Assembly (NCBI GenBank): GCA_951406725.2
Contig: OX597822.1
Coordinates: 1,550,001-1,614,000, forward strand
Source of the DNA: Octopus vulgaris
Lineage: Eukaryota
Direction: 5' to 3'
Length of the DNA stretch: 64,000 nt
The position numbers were made by a program, and so were the translations under genes. This document shows positions 41,150 to 55,001 of the stretch, in pieces (position 1 is the stretch's first letter; each line of letters opens with the position of its first letter). The notes below the pieces were generated by a model. It was not told where the DNA came from, ran no database searches, and was given only the letters and a program-made list of their open reading frames with translations.

Positions 41150-41700
41150 AAATATATAACAGACTGGAATTGTAGGTTCGTCTCTTGCAATTTCGATCAA
41201 TTGTATCTTGTCCTCCCTCTTGTACAGAAGTGTGGCTACAATCCAGCCTACCTCTACTTCTGGGGGGACATTTAAAATTTTTTTTACGGGACGTCCTACG
41301 TCCCAGATATAAAGGTAAAAATAAAATATTTCCACTTTGCAAGGTTCGAGTCGAATACTCCCTTGCACGCTCCGTTGACTCGAACCTTGCTTCTATTATG
41401 GCGAATTTACCGCCTCTGGTTAGATATCTTTCATAGTCGCACCAAGACACTTTTCGATGGTGCTTTCCTCCAAGTGTTCAAATCTTTTTTCTTCTCTACA
41501 TTGTATACTTTATAGACAAAAGTCTTTTCTTTAATTTAATTTTTTATTTCGTTTGGTGGTGCTATCCTAGATTCACCGTCTTTGTCGGTGATCAATTGGA
41601 AATAGGTTTGTATTTCTTCCATTCTAATTTTAATGAGTTCGCGCCCGCCAACGGCTGCAGCGAAATTCATTTTTCGACTTTCTTCTATCGAAGGCATTTT
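41150..41700 (-). pseudogene. possible LINE ORF1 remnant
   Basis: MPSIEESRKMNFAAAVGG... and ...KILNVPPEVEVGWIV resemble L1/Tx1 ORF1 motifs; several stops and frameshifts. Confidence 0.3.
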
Positions 41701-42823
41701 AACAAAAATGCTTCCGTATAAACAGCGAAAATATTGTCAGTTTCCCCAAACAGGGACACAATTTAATTTTTAAACAATAACCAAAGCTCCTTCTTTCAAA
41801 GGGGGAGGGTTACGGTTTACAATTATTTAATAAATGCAACACAACAACGTTTCCCTTACGAGGAACCAACAAAAGTGATAACAATAGTTAAACAGTAATA
41901 ATAATAACAACAAACCTTACGGAGAATCAAAAAGCAGTACGCAGTTGAAGCTATAGTCCTTTATGTATAAGAAATCAACAACAGCAGTACTCAGTAGAAG
42001 CGGCTGTTTGAGAAAACAGACATTACATACAGCCAAACTTCATATAGATACTTAATGCTAGCTAATTAGCAGATAATCTAATGTAAAAGCCGTGGTAAAC
42101 GGTATGTGCACAGCTCCATCTGGACTATTCCATTTCTGTAAACTAATTTTATTTTTAATTTATTCCCATTCATGTGAAACCACTTATTCAAGTTCAAGTC
42201 ATTGATGCAATTTTATAACAATTGCTATTTTTACTTTTGTTATGTTACGATTATATTATACTTTAGTTTGATTTTAATTACTAATTACTACATATAATTC
42301 AATTGTTATTATTATCTCCAATTTTTATGGTTATAGTGAAAGTATCTGACATAAAATAGAGAAATGTTTTTGTTTCACTTTTAACACGTAATACTGAAAT
42401 AGTGGAGAAGATATGATATTGCTATGGGCTCACCCTAGGCAAGAAGTTGAACATTTTGTTTTTGCCCATGAAACTACATGGACCCTAAGTAAGGCATGAG
42501 TAAAATTTGAATGAAATTGGTTGTGTAGTTCTCAAGTTTTAGGGAATCATAGTGGAGAAGATATTGCTGTGGGCTCGCCCTAGGCAAAAAGTTCAAAATT
42601 TATTCGGCTACTGTTTTTTCCATAAATATTGATTTTCTGACAATAGAGTAGTCTCCTCAGCCCTGGCGTATTCCTACCTAAGTACCTCAGCAGTAGTTAT
42701 GTCTCCAACTTCAGAGTCACGTGCATTAATCGGGGTAAGTATCTATATATGTATGTGCGCCCACGCACGCACATAAACATATTTACATTGGACAGATAAT
42801 TGTCCTCATCTTGTTTGTTGTTA

Positions 42824-42867
42824 ACACAACGTTTCGGTTGATATTCCCTCCAGCCTTCCTCAGGTGT
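42824..42867 (-). ncRNA. minimal type I hammerhead, family A
   Basis: ACAC-CTGAGGA-A-GGCTG...CAACC-GAAA-CG-TT-GTGT. Confidence 0.7.
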
Positions 42868-43177
42868 GCTGGTGAAACTTCGTACCTGGGTTCTCATTCG
42901 GAATCTTGGGGTTAGTAGCGTGCGCTCTCAACCACTACGCCATATGCCAGTGAGCAATTATGGAGTGAATTTTAGGGCTTATAATTCTAATATTTTCCTA
43001 TCCTTCGTTAACACCGGTTCCCATATGCTATTCATATCTGCACTCGATCTGCTTAGGAGGTTGTTGTGTCCTAGCATATGTGCTGCTTCTATTAATTTTC
43101 ACATTTTCCAGTGGTGTTCTCTGACTATTATTTTAACTTCATCTACACACACATATATATACATACACATACATATA

Positions 43178-43251
<74 letters not shown>

Positions 43252-44197
43252 TACATACAGACGGACAGACATATAGATAGATCAGGATTCAAGTGACTGA
43301 GGGACTTATAAGGTAAGGCACCGAATCGGGTCGAAAAGTAAAATGTGTACAAAAGAAGAAAAAAAATTGAATATATATGCCGCTACCGAAGTACAGGCAG
43401 AATGATATTCAGGTTATATATATAATTACCTATACCCGACAGGGTATATCAACAACCCTGAGGCGAATTAAGAAACGCACATTGTAATAAATCTACGGCC
43501 CATAATATACTTCGGACCTACGCAAAGAGCAGGTTCCTACACAACGAAGTAAGAATATACATACATATACACATGCTCACACATGCATGTACACACACAT
43601 ATGTGCATATCTGCGCGCGCGTGTATGTAAGTGTGCGTGCGTGTGTATTAATAACCAGTTGTTAGAACTCAGAATACAAATGCCTTAAAGTAAAGCTTTA
43701 GACGCGTACAGAGCGTTATATAGAAATCATTTAAATGAATAGGGAACAAGGTTTGCGTAACCCCGTAATTCCTAGTCCCTTGTCATTCAATAATTTATGT
43801 GTATGTTTGAGTATAATGTATGCATATCTATGTATTCATATATGCTTACACATCGTTTTGACAACGCTATTGAGCGGGAAATATCGAATGGTGATTATAT
43901 TCATTTAAGTCTTGCAAAAACGCGCGATTACGATAGATCTTCGACTGGGTTTGGCTTCCACAACTCCTCTTTTCGAAGATTAATACGCTTTTGAGATAAT
44001 TTATCATATCTTCAAATTTTGTAGAATCATAACAAAAGTAATACAAAAATCTTAGGAGAAACAAATGCACCGATGATCTACGATGTATAATGAACAAAGT
44101 AGCGACACTGTTGCTACTATGTATTTGCAATTTTAAATTACAAATGAAAACTATTAAATGAACAATGAAGAGAATCAACTTTAACTACAAAATACCT

Positions 44198-44428
44198 TTT
44201 TCTTTATTGCCCACCAGGGGGCTAAACACAGAAGGAACAAACAAGGACAGACAGACGGATTAAGTCGATTATGTCGACCCCAGTGCGTAACTGGTACTTA
44301 ATTAATCGACCCCGAAAGGATGAAGGGCAAAGTCAACCTCGGCGGAATTTGAACTCAGAACATAACGACAGACGAAATACCGCTAAACATTTCGCCCGAC
44401 GTGCTAACGATTCTGCCAGCTCGCCGCC
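44198..44428 (-). mobile_element. SINE family 1, full length
   Basis: Matches the consensus; CTACAAAATACC target-site duplication. Confidence 0.88.
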
Positions 44429-44992
44429 TACAAAATACCATCCATGCAAATATAGTTGTGTGAGAAAGTGCAGTCTAATACAAGGGGGATAACTCTTGAT
44501 GACTAAACCTGTTTGTCTCCCTTTGCAGTATAATTTCACTGTGCAATGCATTCGGTAACAAAACTCGAAAATAATTTCTCCGTTCTTTTTTGTAGATAAA
44601 GCTACAACTGCCTGATTCGATATTGTAGAGACAGCAGAGCCCGGGATCTTTGATTCATATTTCATGCTGGATTCTAGAACCGTATCAATGGTTAAGTTGC
44701 TCGTAAATCTGAAACCACCCTGCTTACTAAATGGATACGTAGACAAGAAAGAGTTCATACCTTTCGTGTGCAGAGGAATCCCAAGTGTTTCCTACTGATA
44801 GCAATGCTGGATCCAACCCCACCAATTAATGAAGCAATGTAAAGTTGGAGTTTTCAGGAAATTAGTTTACTATATTGTCTTATGCAATATACGTAAAAAT
44901 TGTATTTAAATATTTATCCTACGTTTCAAGAGGCCATAGAGTTTATGAAGTCCTCAGCGTAAATAAACATAAAAGAATATATAGGCACCAGC

Positions 44993-45152
44993 CTGAGTTC
45001 AAATTCCGCCGAGGTCGACTTTGCCTTTCATCCTTTCAGGGCCGATAAATTAAGTACCAGTTACGCACTGGGGTCGATGTAATTGACTTAATCCCTTTGT
45101 CTGTCCTTGTTTGTCCTCTCTATGTTTAGCCCCTTGTGGGTAGTAAAGAAAT
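44993..45152 (+). mobile_element. SINE family 1, 5'-truncated, inserted in the head of a family 2 SINE
   Basis: ATATATAGGCACCAGC duplicated on both sides. Family 2 sequence (tgtgtggttacaagcc...) resumes at about 45168. Confidence 0.85.
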
Positions 45153-46479
45153 ATATATAGGCACCAGCTGTGTGGTTACAAGCCTGCTTCCAAAGCACAT
45201 AGTTTCGGGTTCCGTCCCACTCAATGACGCTCTCGGCAAATGTTCCTTTCTTCTATGCCTCGTGACGTTTTAGACGGAAACTAAAAGAAACCGTTTTTTT
45301 CTTAATGATGTGAAATACAAATGATGTATAAATTTCAATAGTGCACTGTTTTCTCCCTTTGGGTAGTCAATAAGAGAAAGTGATCGATATCATTAGGTTA
45401 CAGTTTCAATTCCCAATGAAAGCCAGCTAAATGTTGACCGTCTGGACAGAGGAAACCCAACGGATGTAGATGATGCCCTTGCTGTCAACAAAGGGGGTCG
45501 TCATGAGTTTTGTTTTACCTCTTCCGCCAACGAAAAACAGATGCGCAACGAATATAAGTCTCTGAAAAGATTTTAACCGGTTAAACAAAAACTATAATAC
45601 AGTAGTGAGCTTTCAAATTGTCTTCACGTCCAAACTGCATTCTGCAAACTAGTAAATTGTGATAAGCAGTATATTTAGTAGGGTGTGTTCAAAGTGCTGT
45701 TACATGTGCCTCCTTCAAACTAGAATAACAAAATTTAGTAGGTCTGCGTATTACATGTATAGTAATTATATACTAAAATTACTATAATCTAGATCAATTA
45801 TGATATAGGTCTTGATGTAGTGGGTCGATAAGTACTTGTAAAAAAGGCTGGAGTGGGTTAAATCAGTTGCAATACCGCTCTTCAAGATAACAATAATTTG
45901 CTTAGAATTAATATTTTGTTTTCAGATGACAATATAGAACTTCTACAAGGTATAACGCACAGAAGTTACCAATATTTGTGTCTCTGAACAATGCTGTTGA
46001 AAGCACACTTATTGGTAATGTAGTAGGGGTGCCGTCGTCTCAACACACGGCATGACTTGGCGTGTTTTGGTGGAGCCAGTGCTCTCTCCAAGGAAGGTTT
46101 CTTGCAGACAGAATGAAACAGAAAACAGTTGAAAGAAAGAGAAGGACCAACCTCAGTACAAAACTGGCATTTTGATTATCGACCCCACCCCTAAATAGAT
46201 TACTGTAAATCAATCTAACCGACCCTCTAACCACTCAACCAATCAGCCAAGAAGCAAAAGCGGCGACCTAAAGGAATCGTTACTGTGTTGGATAAAATAG
46301 TGATGGTAGGAGATTAAGTAGTTTACTGCAATGGAAGTTAATTAGGATAACGTGATGTTTTGATTTGTCAAATTTCTTCAGAGAGAAATTCACAATTTCT
46401 GACATAGTATTGGTTATAGCGAACTTGAGAGATTGTATGGAGTAATGGAGGTTGAGTGATCTGTTTAAACTACGTCTCA

Positions 46480-47315
46480 AACGTAATAGTCCAGTGGGTT
46501 GAGGCCTGGCGAGCTAGGAGGCTATGTGTGTTGGAGAACATGATCAAAGAGTTTGGTACGCCTTCACGTGTTGGTTATTCTAGCCATAGTGAGATAGTGC
46601 AGAATCTTGTCGGAAGATGTACGGTCTTCCGTTGTAGATTCTGTTTATCCAGGTCCTCACAACTTTCTCCAGCACATCTGTATAGACAGCGGCATTTACT
46701 TTTAAGCCCTGTGAGAAAATATGAGGAGGTACAGACATATTGCTCGTTGCTTAAGACTCCCAGAACCATCACAGTTGCTGGTCTCTGCATAACCTTTGAA
46801 GAAAAACCAAAGCATTCCAGCCTCTTGGTGTTTTAACTTTTTAGCAAGCACTTTGCACGGATCAAACAATTCTCTCTTGTCACTTTCGACATAAACTGAC
46901 ACCTCTGCATCACGTACAACTTGTACCGGATGTCTCCATTCATAACTCTTCTGATGGTGCATTCCTAAGCCTCGGGGACCTTTGCAATAACTCTGATCGA
47001 CATAAGAGGTTTTTATCATTTTTTTTCTTGGAAATTTTGTACATGGTTATGTGTTCTGATGGCATTAGGACCCTGTGCATGCGTTCTGTGTTTAATAGCT
47101 GAAGTTAGATTCTACGCAGCAGCTTCCAGCTCTTTTCCAAGTTTGACAATTAAGGATAGGGCAACTTTCAGGAAGTAAGCTATCTCTGTATCACTATGAT
47201 GCGCATTTAAGACAACAATTATAGCGCGCCTTTTCATTTGCTGATTTTAAAAAATATGGTTAGAAGAAATTAGAGTTCTTGAAAGCGGCGTCCTCAAAAA
47301 CTGACGCACCCTGTA
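46480..47315 (-). pseudogene. degenerate Tc1/mariner transposon related to 31650-32810
   Basis: PATVMVLGVLSNE, plus DHVLQH.ASS.PGLNPLDYY (SPDLNP-like). TA-CAGGGTG terminus at about 47307-47315 (minus strand). Confidence 0.65.
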
Positions 47316-47322
47316 CATATAT

Positions 47323-47360
<38 letters not shown>

Positions 47361-47652
47361 ATAAAGAGTATAAGAATATCTGTATGTATACACATTAATA
47401 TTAATACAATAAATCTGTTTCAGATTTGTATGACTTCCAAAAGTATAAGTCAACGATCGATTGGTTGAGGGTGTCATACTTTTAGTCAGTTCTCTGCTAC
47501 CTTCATGTATTAAGCAGATATGTCGTGAGGTAATTAGAACAATTTTAAAAGTCGTATCCAAATTTAGGGCTGTTTTAGATTGATGGATATGTCAAGTAGA
47601 TTTATGAGAAGCTATAATCTTATTTAGCTAAACTGTGGTGACTGAACAAGAT

Positions 47653-48350
47653 ACGTCTAAAAAAGTATCTGGGCTTTTTTTTTACGTCAAAGCTGGTGCC
47701 GCGTGAGCAAAATCATTTGATGAGAGGTAATACTACCCTTCCCGCGCAGACCTGAAAATTTTCGCGTTGTTAGGCCGCATCAGTCCTGGCTGTTACGCTT
47801 AGAAAACAGACATGCAGTGTCAGCTTGCCAGATTTTCGTTGTTACGCAAGAAGGCGGACGCATCGAGAAGAGACCATAAAACCATGTTTCATCACCAGTG
47901 AGGATTGTCTTCATGAAATCTGGGTCGTGGTTTGCACAGTCCAACATGTCCTGAGCAATTTCCAAGTGGTGTTGCTTCTGATGTACTGTCAGCACCTTGG
48001 GGAGAAATTTCGCCGACTCTCTCCGCATGCACAAATCCCCCGTTAAAATGGAATGCACTGAGCCTGTGCTTATTTCCCCTTCCTGTGTAATTTCCTGGTT
48101 TGTTACATGACAGCGTTTCGCGATTATTCGCCGAACATTTTCAATCAGCTCCTTGCTTTGGCCTGTGCTTGGCTTGCTTGAGCGTGCCTCGTTTTCCACC
48201 CAGGTCTGGCCATGTTTCAAGCGGATGTACCATTCCTTGATCTGGGTTTTGCCCATGACATCATCGGCAAAGGCCTACCGAATCCTCTGGATGGTTTGAA
48301 CTTGAGTATCACGAAGCTTTTGGGAAAACTTTTGTAATATCTCTGCTCAA
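47653..48350 (-). pseudogene. degenerate mariner transposase
   Basis: MGKTQIKEWY.R.K.G...VE.EARS..PST (mariner HTH), GSVHSILT.DL.MRR.SAKF.PK.LT, ILTGDETW (first catalytic Asp). Confidence 0.85.
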
Positions 48351-48383
48351 TGTAAGGCGGCGAGCTGGAGAAACGTTAGCACG

Positions 48384-48430
<47 letters not shown>

Positions 48431-48438
<8 letters not shown>

Positions 48439-49079
48439 CCAATTAAGGACTGAACACGAAAAAGTGGACAGTCAACATGCTAGATATAGACGTCAAATCG
48501 CCATTCTCCACAAAAGATTATGTTCGGATTCTTTTTTTAATATGCTAGACCACTGGTTTTAATTGATAAATATTGATTTCTACCCTTCATTAATTTTATA
48601 AAAAAATAAATATGTTCTCTAATTATTAGCTGTAGGCTATTTTCTTCGGGTCTCAACGCGCCAAGGTGAAAGGCATTTGAAATACACATTCGAATGTAAT
48701 CGGTTGAACTCTACGCACGTGATGATACTCCGGTATCGTTTTTGCATCTAGTTCAGCAGATTTCATTCAGACCGGCCATGCTGACGAAGACTACGGGTAT
48801 CCTTACGGATAATAATAGTCGAAACTGATTCAGTACATGGATGAGTATTGTTTTTCGTATATTTTCACTTGTTTATTGCTTGGGTTGGTGTTGAGTTTGA
48901 TCTGAGAACATAATCTTTTGTGGAGAATGGTGATTTGACGTCTATATCTAGCATGTTGACTGTCCACTTTTTCGTGTTCAGTCCTTAATTGGTATATATA
49001 AATAATTAATCTTCGGATTGTTTTTTTTAATATGCTAGACCACTGGTTTTAATTGATAAATATTGATTTCTACCCTTAA

Positions 49080-49128
<49 letters not shown>

Positions 49129-49285
49129 CATATATATAAAATTTAAAGGACTGACCACTAAAAGTGGATGGTCATGATCAGTCCTTTAAATTTTGTATGT
49201 AAAAATATTTTAATCTTCAGATTCCTTTAATGTATTAGGCCACTGGTTTTAATTGATTAATATAAATTTCTACCCTTATTTAATT
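48431..49285 (+). mobile_element. non-coding PLE-type terminal-repeat element (inverted + direct partial repeats) in (TA)n
   Basis: 95-bp inverted arms 48431-48525/48906-49000 (1 mismatch seen). About 70-bp direct repeats at 48524, 49014 and 49218. Internal hammerhead. Confidence 0.7.
48776..48840 (+). ncRNA. type I hammerhead ribozyme, canonical core
   Basis: CCATG-CTGACGA-A-GACTA[22 nt]TAGTC-GAAA-CTG att CAG-TA-CATGG: all core bases present and stems I, II and III paired. Predicted cleavage after GUA (48835). Confidence 0.85.
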
Positions 49286-49303
49286 TTATACATATATATT
49301 TAT

Positions 49304-49352
<49 letters not shown>

Positions 49353-49363
49353 CATATATATAT

Positions 49364-49423
<60 letters not shown>

Positions 49424-49613
49424 CAACTGAGAAAGAAACATAACTTTAAACTGTTTAGTGTACTTAATTGCTATATATAACTGCAGGTAAAAATTGCTGA
49501 AAAATCTCAGGTAAATATAAAAATATCACCACACGGTACAGTGCGCGACACAGCTCAATGTTTCTCAAAGCTTGCACTCTTGAAACTCACGCAGATATGA
49601 AACCAGTTAAGTG

Positions 49614-49686
<73 letters not shown>

Positions 49687-50113
49687 TAGGTGTGCATACA
49701 TACAGGCCAAACACATATCTCTAATCCTAATTCTTCCTCTTTTCCACACTTTCTCTCCCGTTACACACACACACAACCATATATATATACATATTCATAT
49801 ATATGTATTTTTGTGTGTATATATATATAATCAATAATAACAAAGGGTAAAATTAATTAATTGTAATCAATAATTTTACCAAGTAGAATTCGGCATGAAA
49901 AGGGACCATTTCTCGGTAACTTTAAGTAATATTTTATAATTAGGGCTCCACAAAGATTTGCTTTACCACATACCAAAGTTTAGAAATAGCAGCCGAGGAA
50001 CCTTAGCTATTTCCTCTACTTTAAAAAGAGATTCCTGGACAAAAACAAAGTACTCGAAAACAATCCACGCAGGCAGATATGAAGAATAACGAAAATCAAT
50101 CGATATTTGATTA

Positions 50114-50198
50114 CCCATGTACGCGTTTCAGAATTAGTTCGGTATGAAGAATGTAGAATTGATACTTTATCCGGAACACTTTCCTCGTCAGCAATGGG
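50114..50198 (-). ncRNA. type I hammerhead ribozyme, canonical core, palindromic stem III
   Basis: Minus strand CCCATTG-CTGACGA-GGAA...TTCT-GAAA-CGCG-TA-CATGGG. Confidence 0.75.
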
Positions 50199-51110
50199 AC
50201 TTCACAATATAATATGATATATTATATTGACATTGATACAAAAGCAATGCAGAGAAAATAAGTTATACAATAATATGCGTTCGAACTGACAGATAATTAT
50301 TCAATAGAATTTTTCCAGTACATACTAAGTGTGCTCTGTTGTACGAGGGGACAAAATTCACTGATAAGTATGTGTGCGATACAGTGGTTGAGTCAACATA
50401 ATACCTGATTTCTCCGTATTTTCTAACGCAGTTTTTGATCGCTTGATATTATTAGTGAGCGAGTGATCCAAGGTTCGTGTCACACTTTAGCTCACTCTCT
50501 CTCCATCACATCGGCGTCGTCTGAACAGTTGCACAGTTCGAAGTGATCACAGAGCAACGTGAAATGAAGTGTCTAGGAATTGAACTCACGATCGCCATGC
50601 ACCCCGCACAAGCCACATATCCTTACATAAAATAATATTACGTATCATTTGACCTCTACTGCGTTAAAAAAAATTTCTCTTCTGAATAAAATTCCTCAGT
50701 CGGATAATCTCAGTACAATACGCGCGCTTAGCCGAATGAATACCCAAAATAATAAACTCACCTCTGCTAATTCTTGCAAAAGTATGTTTACTCCAATTTA
50801 TGTAGACTGCTGCTTCAAGAACTTTAAATCACAATAATACATTTTCTTCTGAGGGATCAATTAATAAACAATCATTTGTATAAAACAGGTATACAAGCAT
50901 ATTTATGTACAGCGCTCGTCCTTATGAACGCTTGCGGTTATTTTTATTATCCCGTGGATTGTTGCTGTATTATAACACATGGACGGTTGTTTTAAACATC
51001 ACCTGAAGTGTTGTATACAATAATGAACTGTTGTTTCATTTAGCAAAACAATTGCTATGCTATTTCACATGGAAATGCCGTTATAAATCATTTTGGATAA
51101 CAATTATCTC

Positions 51111-51536
51111 GGATCTTTTCGGTTTGAACGGCAGTTTTTCTAGCGGTGTCATATGAAATTGTCACCCATAATTATGACCTTAGTATCAATCTATTGTATT
51201 TCAATCTGTTTTAGGGTTAGGGTTAGTTAGGGTTAGGGTTAGGAGTGGGGGGTATCTTTTTTCTTCAGAAATGTAAATAAACCCAATCTGTTTCTTAAAC
51301 GAGGGACATTTTCATATGGCACAGAATGTTTTCAACTCAATAAACGTCATTGATTGGTTGAAATTGCAAAAATTGAAGGAAAAAAGCAACAAATATCTTA
51401 CAAACTATAGAATTTTCTCAATAAAGCCAAGAGAAGACGATGTTTTATAAACACATTCTACCAGTAAATGAAGTTTAAAAGTGTTTAGTTACGTGGAAAT
51501 TATTTTTAAAAACTGCCGGTCAAACCGAAAAGAACC
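51111..51536. mobile_element. same MITE, copy 3
   Basis: TIRs; 8-bp TSD ATTATCTC. Confidence 0.9.
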
Positions 51537-53053
51537 ATTATCTCTTAAAGACATATATCATCACTTATTACGCAACAGCTTAAAAAAACTGTAAAAAAAT
51601 ATAAAGGAATATACTCATGTATGTATACATAAATATAATACCTGCATTTGTTATACTTCCTCGTTATATTTCCTGTTCAACTCTATTTTGTAGAAGATAT
51701 CAGGATTTTTATTTCCTGAATCATTTTATAGAACAGAAAATGTTGGAGACTGCAATATATTTTATGCAGAGATTTCCGAGCAACGTAGAATATCTGGCTG
51801 AGTTATACACATCAATTGATGACATACATTTTAGGTCGACCATTCCAGCTGGATTGCTGTCTGAATCGCTTTAGCATTGATATTTTTAGTATTAACCTAG
51901 TAACGAAAGCATCAGATGTAGTCGAGGCACAGTTGTCGTTCTCTACACTTGTGTTCAAATCTCACTGAGATTAACTCCATCTTTTATTCCATCAATATGT
52001 ACAGAATACCTTATACAATACAGAGGTGGATTTCAATATCTATGTTCCCAGCATCTTTTGAACAATTTTATTCCACTTGAAATAGAAACCCCATCCTTTC
52101 AATATAACACATTGCTATACCCAATGCAACACTAAGGTAATTATGTAATAAAAAGGAAGCATTATATACATCTGTGACAGCCGATCACTGAAAATAGCCC
52201 GGATGACAAATTACTGTATTAAAAGATATTAAATTATGTCCCCTCATATTTAAGTTTACGAATCACTTGTACACACTTTGCATTATTTTTTACGTAAATC
52301 GGGACCATAACGCAGAATCTATCAGTAAGTATAAAGTGGCTGGTTTATTCTGGTTGATTCTTCCCTCCTCACGACAAAAGTGAACATGAGACGAATAGAA
52401 AAAAATCGATGATTAAACTATAAAATAGTACTTTGTGAGTGAAATATTGGATGCTATCAGATATAAAAATTTATATAGTAAATAAAATGATGTTTTCTAT
52501 AGGATAATAATTTATATCACCTAAAGGTTTATATTATAAAATGAGTTACATCACGTAATGGATTTTATTAGAAATTGTATTATTCTATCTTTCTCGACAT
52601 GCGCTTGTCAAAAGAAATCGTTCCTATTGTACTTCAAACATTGGAAGTACTTAATTTATTTTTATCAATATATTCTACCTATACTCTCGCAGTCTTATCG
52701 CACATGACCTAGTGGTTAAGGTGTTACACCCCCGATTCTAGTATCATGGTTTCGGTTTCTGGATTGGGTACTACGTTGCGTTCTTGAGCAAAACACTTCA
52801 TTTCATGCTCCACCAGTTCATTCAGCTGTAAATACTTTCCAACTATACCCGGGAAGTAAATTCTGCGACGGACCAGCGTTCTGTTCAAGGGGTGGGTAAT
52901 CTGCCGAGGAAACCAAGTTAAGCTGCGGCCTTTTAAGTCCTAGGGCTCATGACACATAACTCTAAGTCCTAACTCTCGGCCTCGAGTCTATTTTATGCTT
53001 TCCAATATTCTCATCCTAGTCCAGTCTAAGAATTAATAACTTTAGTCCTGAAG

Positions 53054-53477
53054 GGATCTTTTCGGTTTGAACGGCAGTTTTTTCTAGCGGTGTTATATAT
53101 GACATTGTCACCCATAATTATGACCCTAGTATCGATCTTATTGCATTTCAATCTGTTTTAGGGTTAGGGTTAGGGTTAGGGGTGGGGGAAGGGTATCTTT
53201 TTTCTTCACAAATGTAAATAAACCCAATCTGTTTCTTAAACGAAGGACATATTCATACGGCACAGAATGCTTTTTACCTCAATAGACGTCACTGATTGGT
53301 TGAAATTGCAGAATTTGAAGAAAAAAAACAACAAATATCTTACAAACTATGGAATTTTCTCAATAAAGCCAAGAGAAAAAGATGTTTTATAAACACATTC
53401 TACCAGTATACGAAGTTTAAAATTTTTTAGTTACCTAGAAATTATGTTAAAAACTGCCGTTCAAACCGAAAAGATTC
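53054..53477. mobile_element. same MITE, copy 4
   Basis: TIRs; TSD TCCTGAAG/TCCTGATG (1 mismatch). Confidence 0.9.
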
Positions 53478-54009
53478 TCCTGATGTTACAAATCCAAGGG
53501 AGATTACTGCACAAATATTTCCACTTTATATTTGTTCCAGCAAAGAAATATATACAATTGTAAGTACATTTTAGTCATTCTTCTACATCGTTTTCTCCTC
53601 TTGTGAATAATCACATCTAGAATAGCATAAAGCGTTTATCTGGTGCATATAAAATTGGGACTATCGAATAATTTCAATAATCAATTTCGACTTTGATGTC
53701 GCCTGTATTTGATAAGTTCCTGCAATTTCTGGACAAATTCCAGGAGTTTTCAAGCATTTATCTCACTTGGAATGAACTTGCAAAGAGATAACAAAGTAGA
53801 AGAAAAAAAGGTAGTTTACCATTCCACTCAGTGCATTAGGGTATGGTTGTAGAATATATTTATATAAATACAAAAAAAGAAGAAAAAAGAATTCCATTTC
53901 GTTCTCTTTCTTCGCAACAATAACCCTTAATTATGTTGCAAGCAAAGAACTTACGTTAAGAAAATAGATAAACACAGCAAAATGAATATTTATCATTATC
54001 TAAGCAAGC

Positions 54010-54484
54010 ACACACACACACGCACGCACACATACACACACACACACACACACATACACACACACACACACACACAAACGCACACACACACACAAACATA
54101 CGCATATACGCAGGTGGACATAACACTGCATACTCAGCAACATATTTTACATACATTGGATGTGTTCGGGTGAATGATTATATGTATGTATGTATGCATA
54201 CATGCATGTATGTACGTATGTATGTATCTATGTATGTATGTATGTATGTATGTATGTATACATACATGCATGTATGTACGTATGTATGTATGTATACATG
54301 CATGTATGCATATATGTTTGAATGTATGTATGTATACATGCATGGATGTATGTCTGAAAGTATATATGTATACATTCGTTTGTATGCATGTATGTATGCA
54401 TGCATGTATGTATGAATGTATGTATGTAGGTATGTATACAAGTGTGCGTGGGTATATGTACATATACATACATATATGAGTGTG

Positions 54485-54549
<65 letters not shown>

Positions 54550-54833
54550 GCGTGTGCACGCGCAAGCGTGTGTATGTGTGTGTGTATGTATGTATAAACA
54601 AACATATATTGAGACATTATATGAATGGAAAAATAAGTTTTGAATATATGCGTATATATACTTATTTACACATTATAATATTTTGCACGTATACACTCAC
54701 TCGCACATACACACACACACGCATACACACACATGCACAACACATATATACATGTATTTTGGGCATATTTTTTCAACATTTTTTACAATTTTAACGGCTT
54801 TTATTACGCACTCACACTTCGATATCAGGTATT

Positions 54834-54866
<33 letters not shown>

Positions 54867-54969
54867 ATCTATCTATCTCTATCGCTTTTGTTGTGCACTT
54901 TAACTTTGATATCTTGCATCTCTCTCTCCCTCTCTGCCTTTTTCTCTTTTGCTATCTATCTTTCTGTCA

Positions 54970-55001
<32 letters not shown>

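Noticed and set aside
51212-51243. TTAGGG repeats as a chromosome end or fusion scar
   Set aside because: They are internal to a MITE present four times with TSDs.
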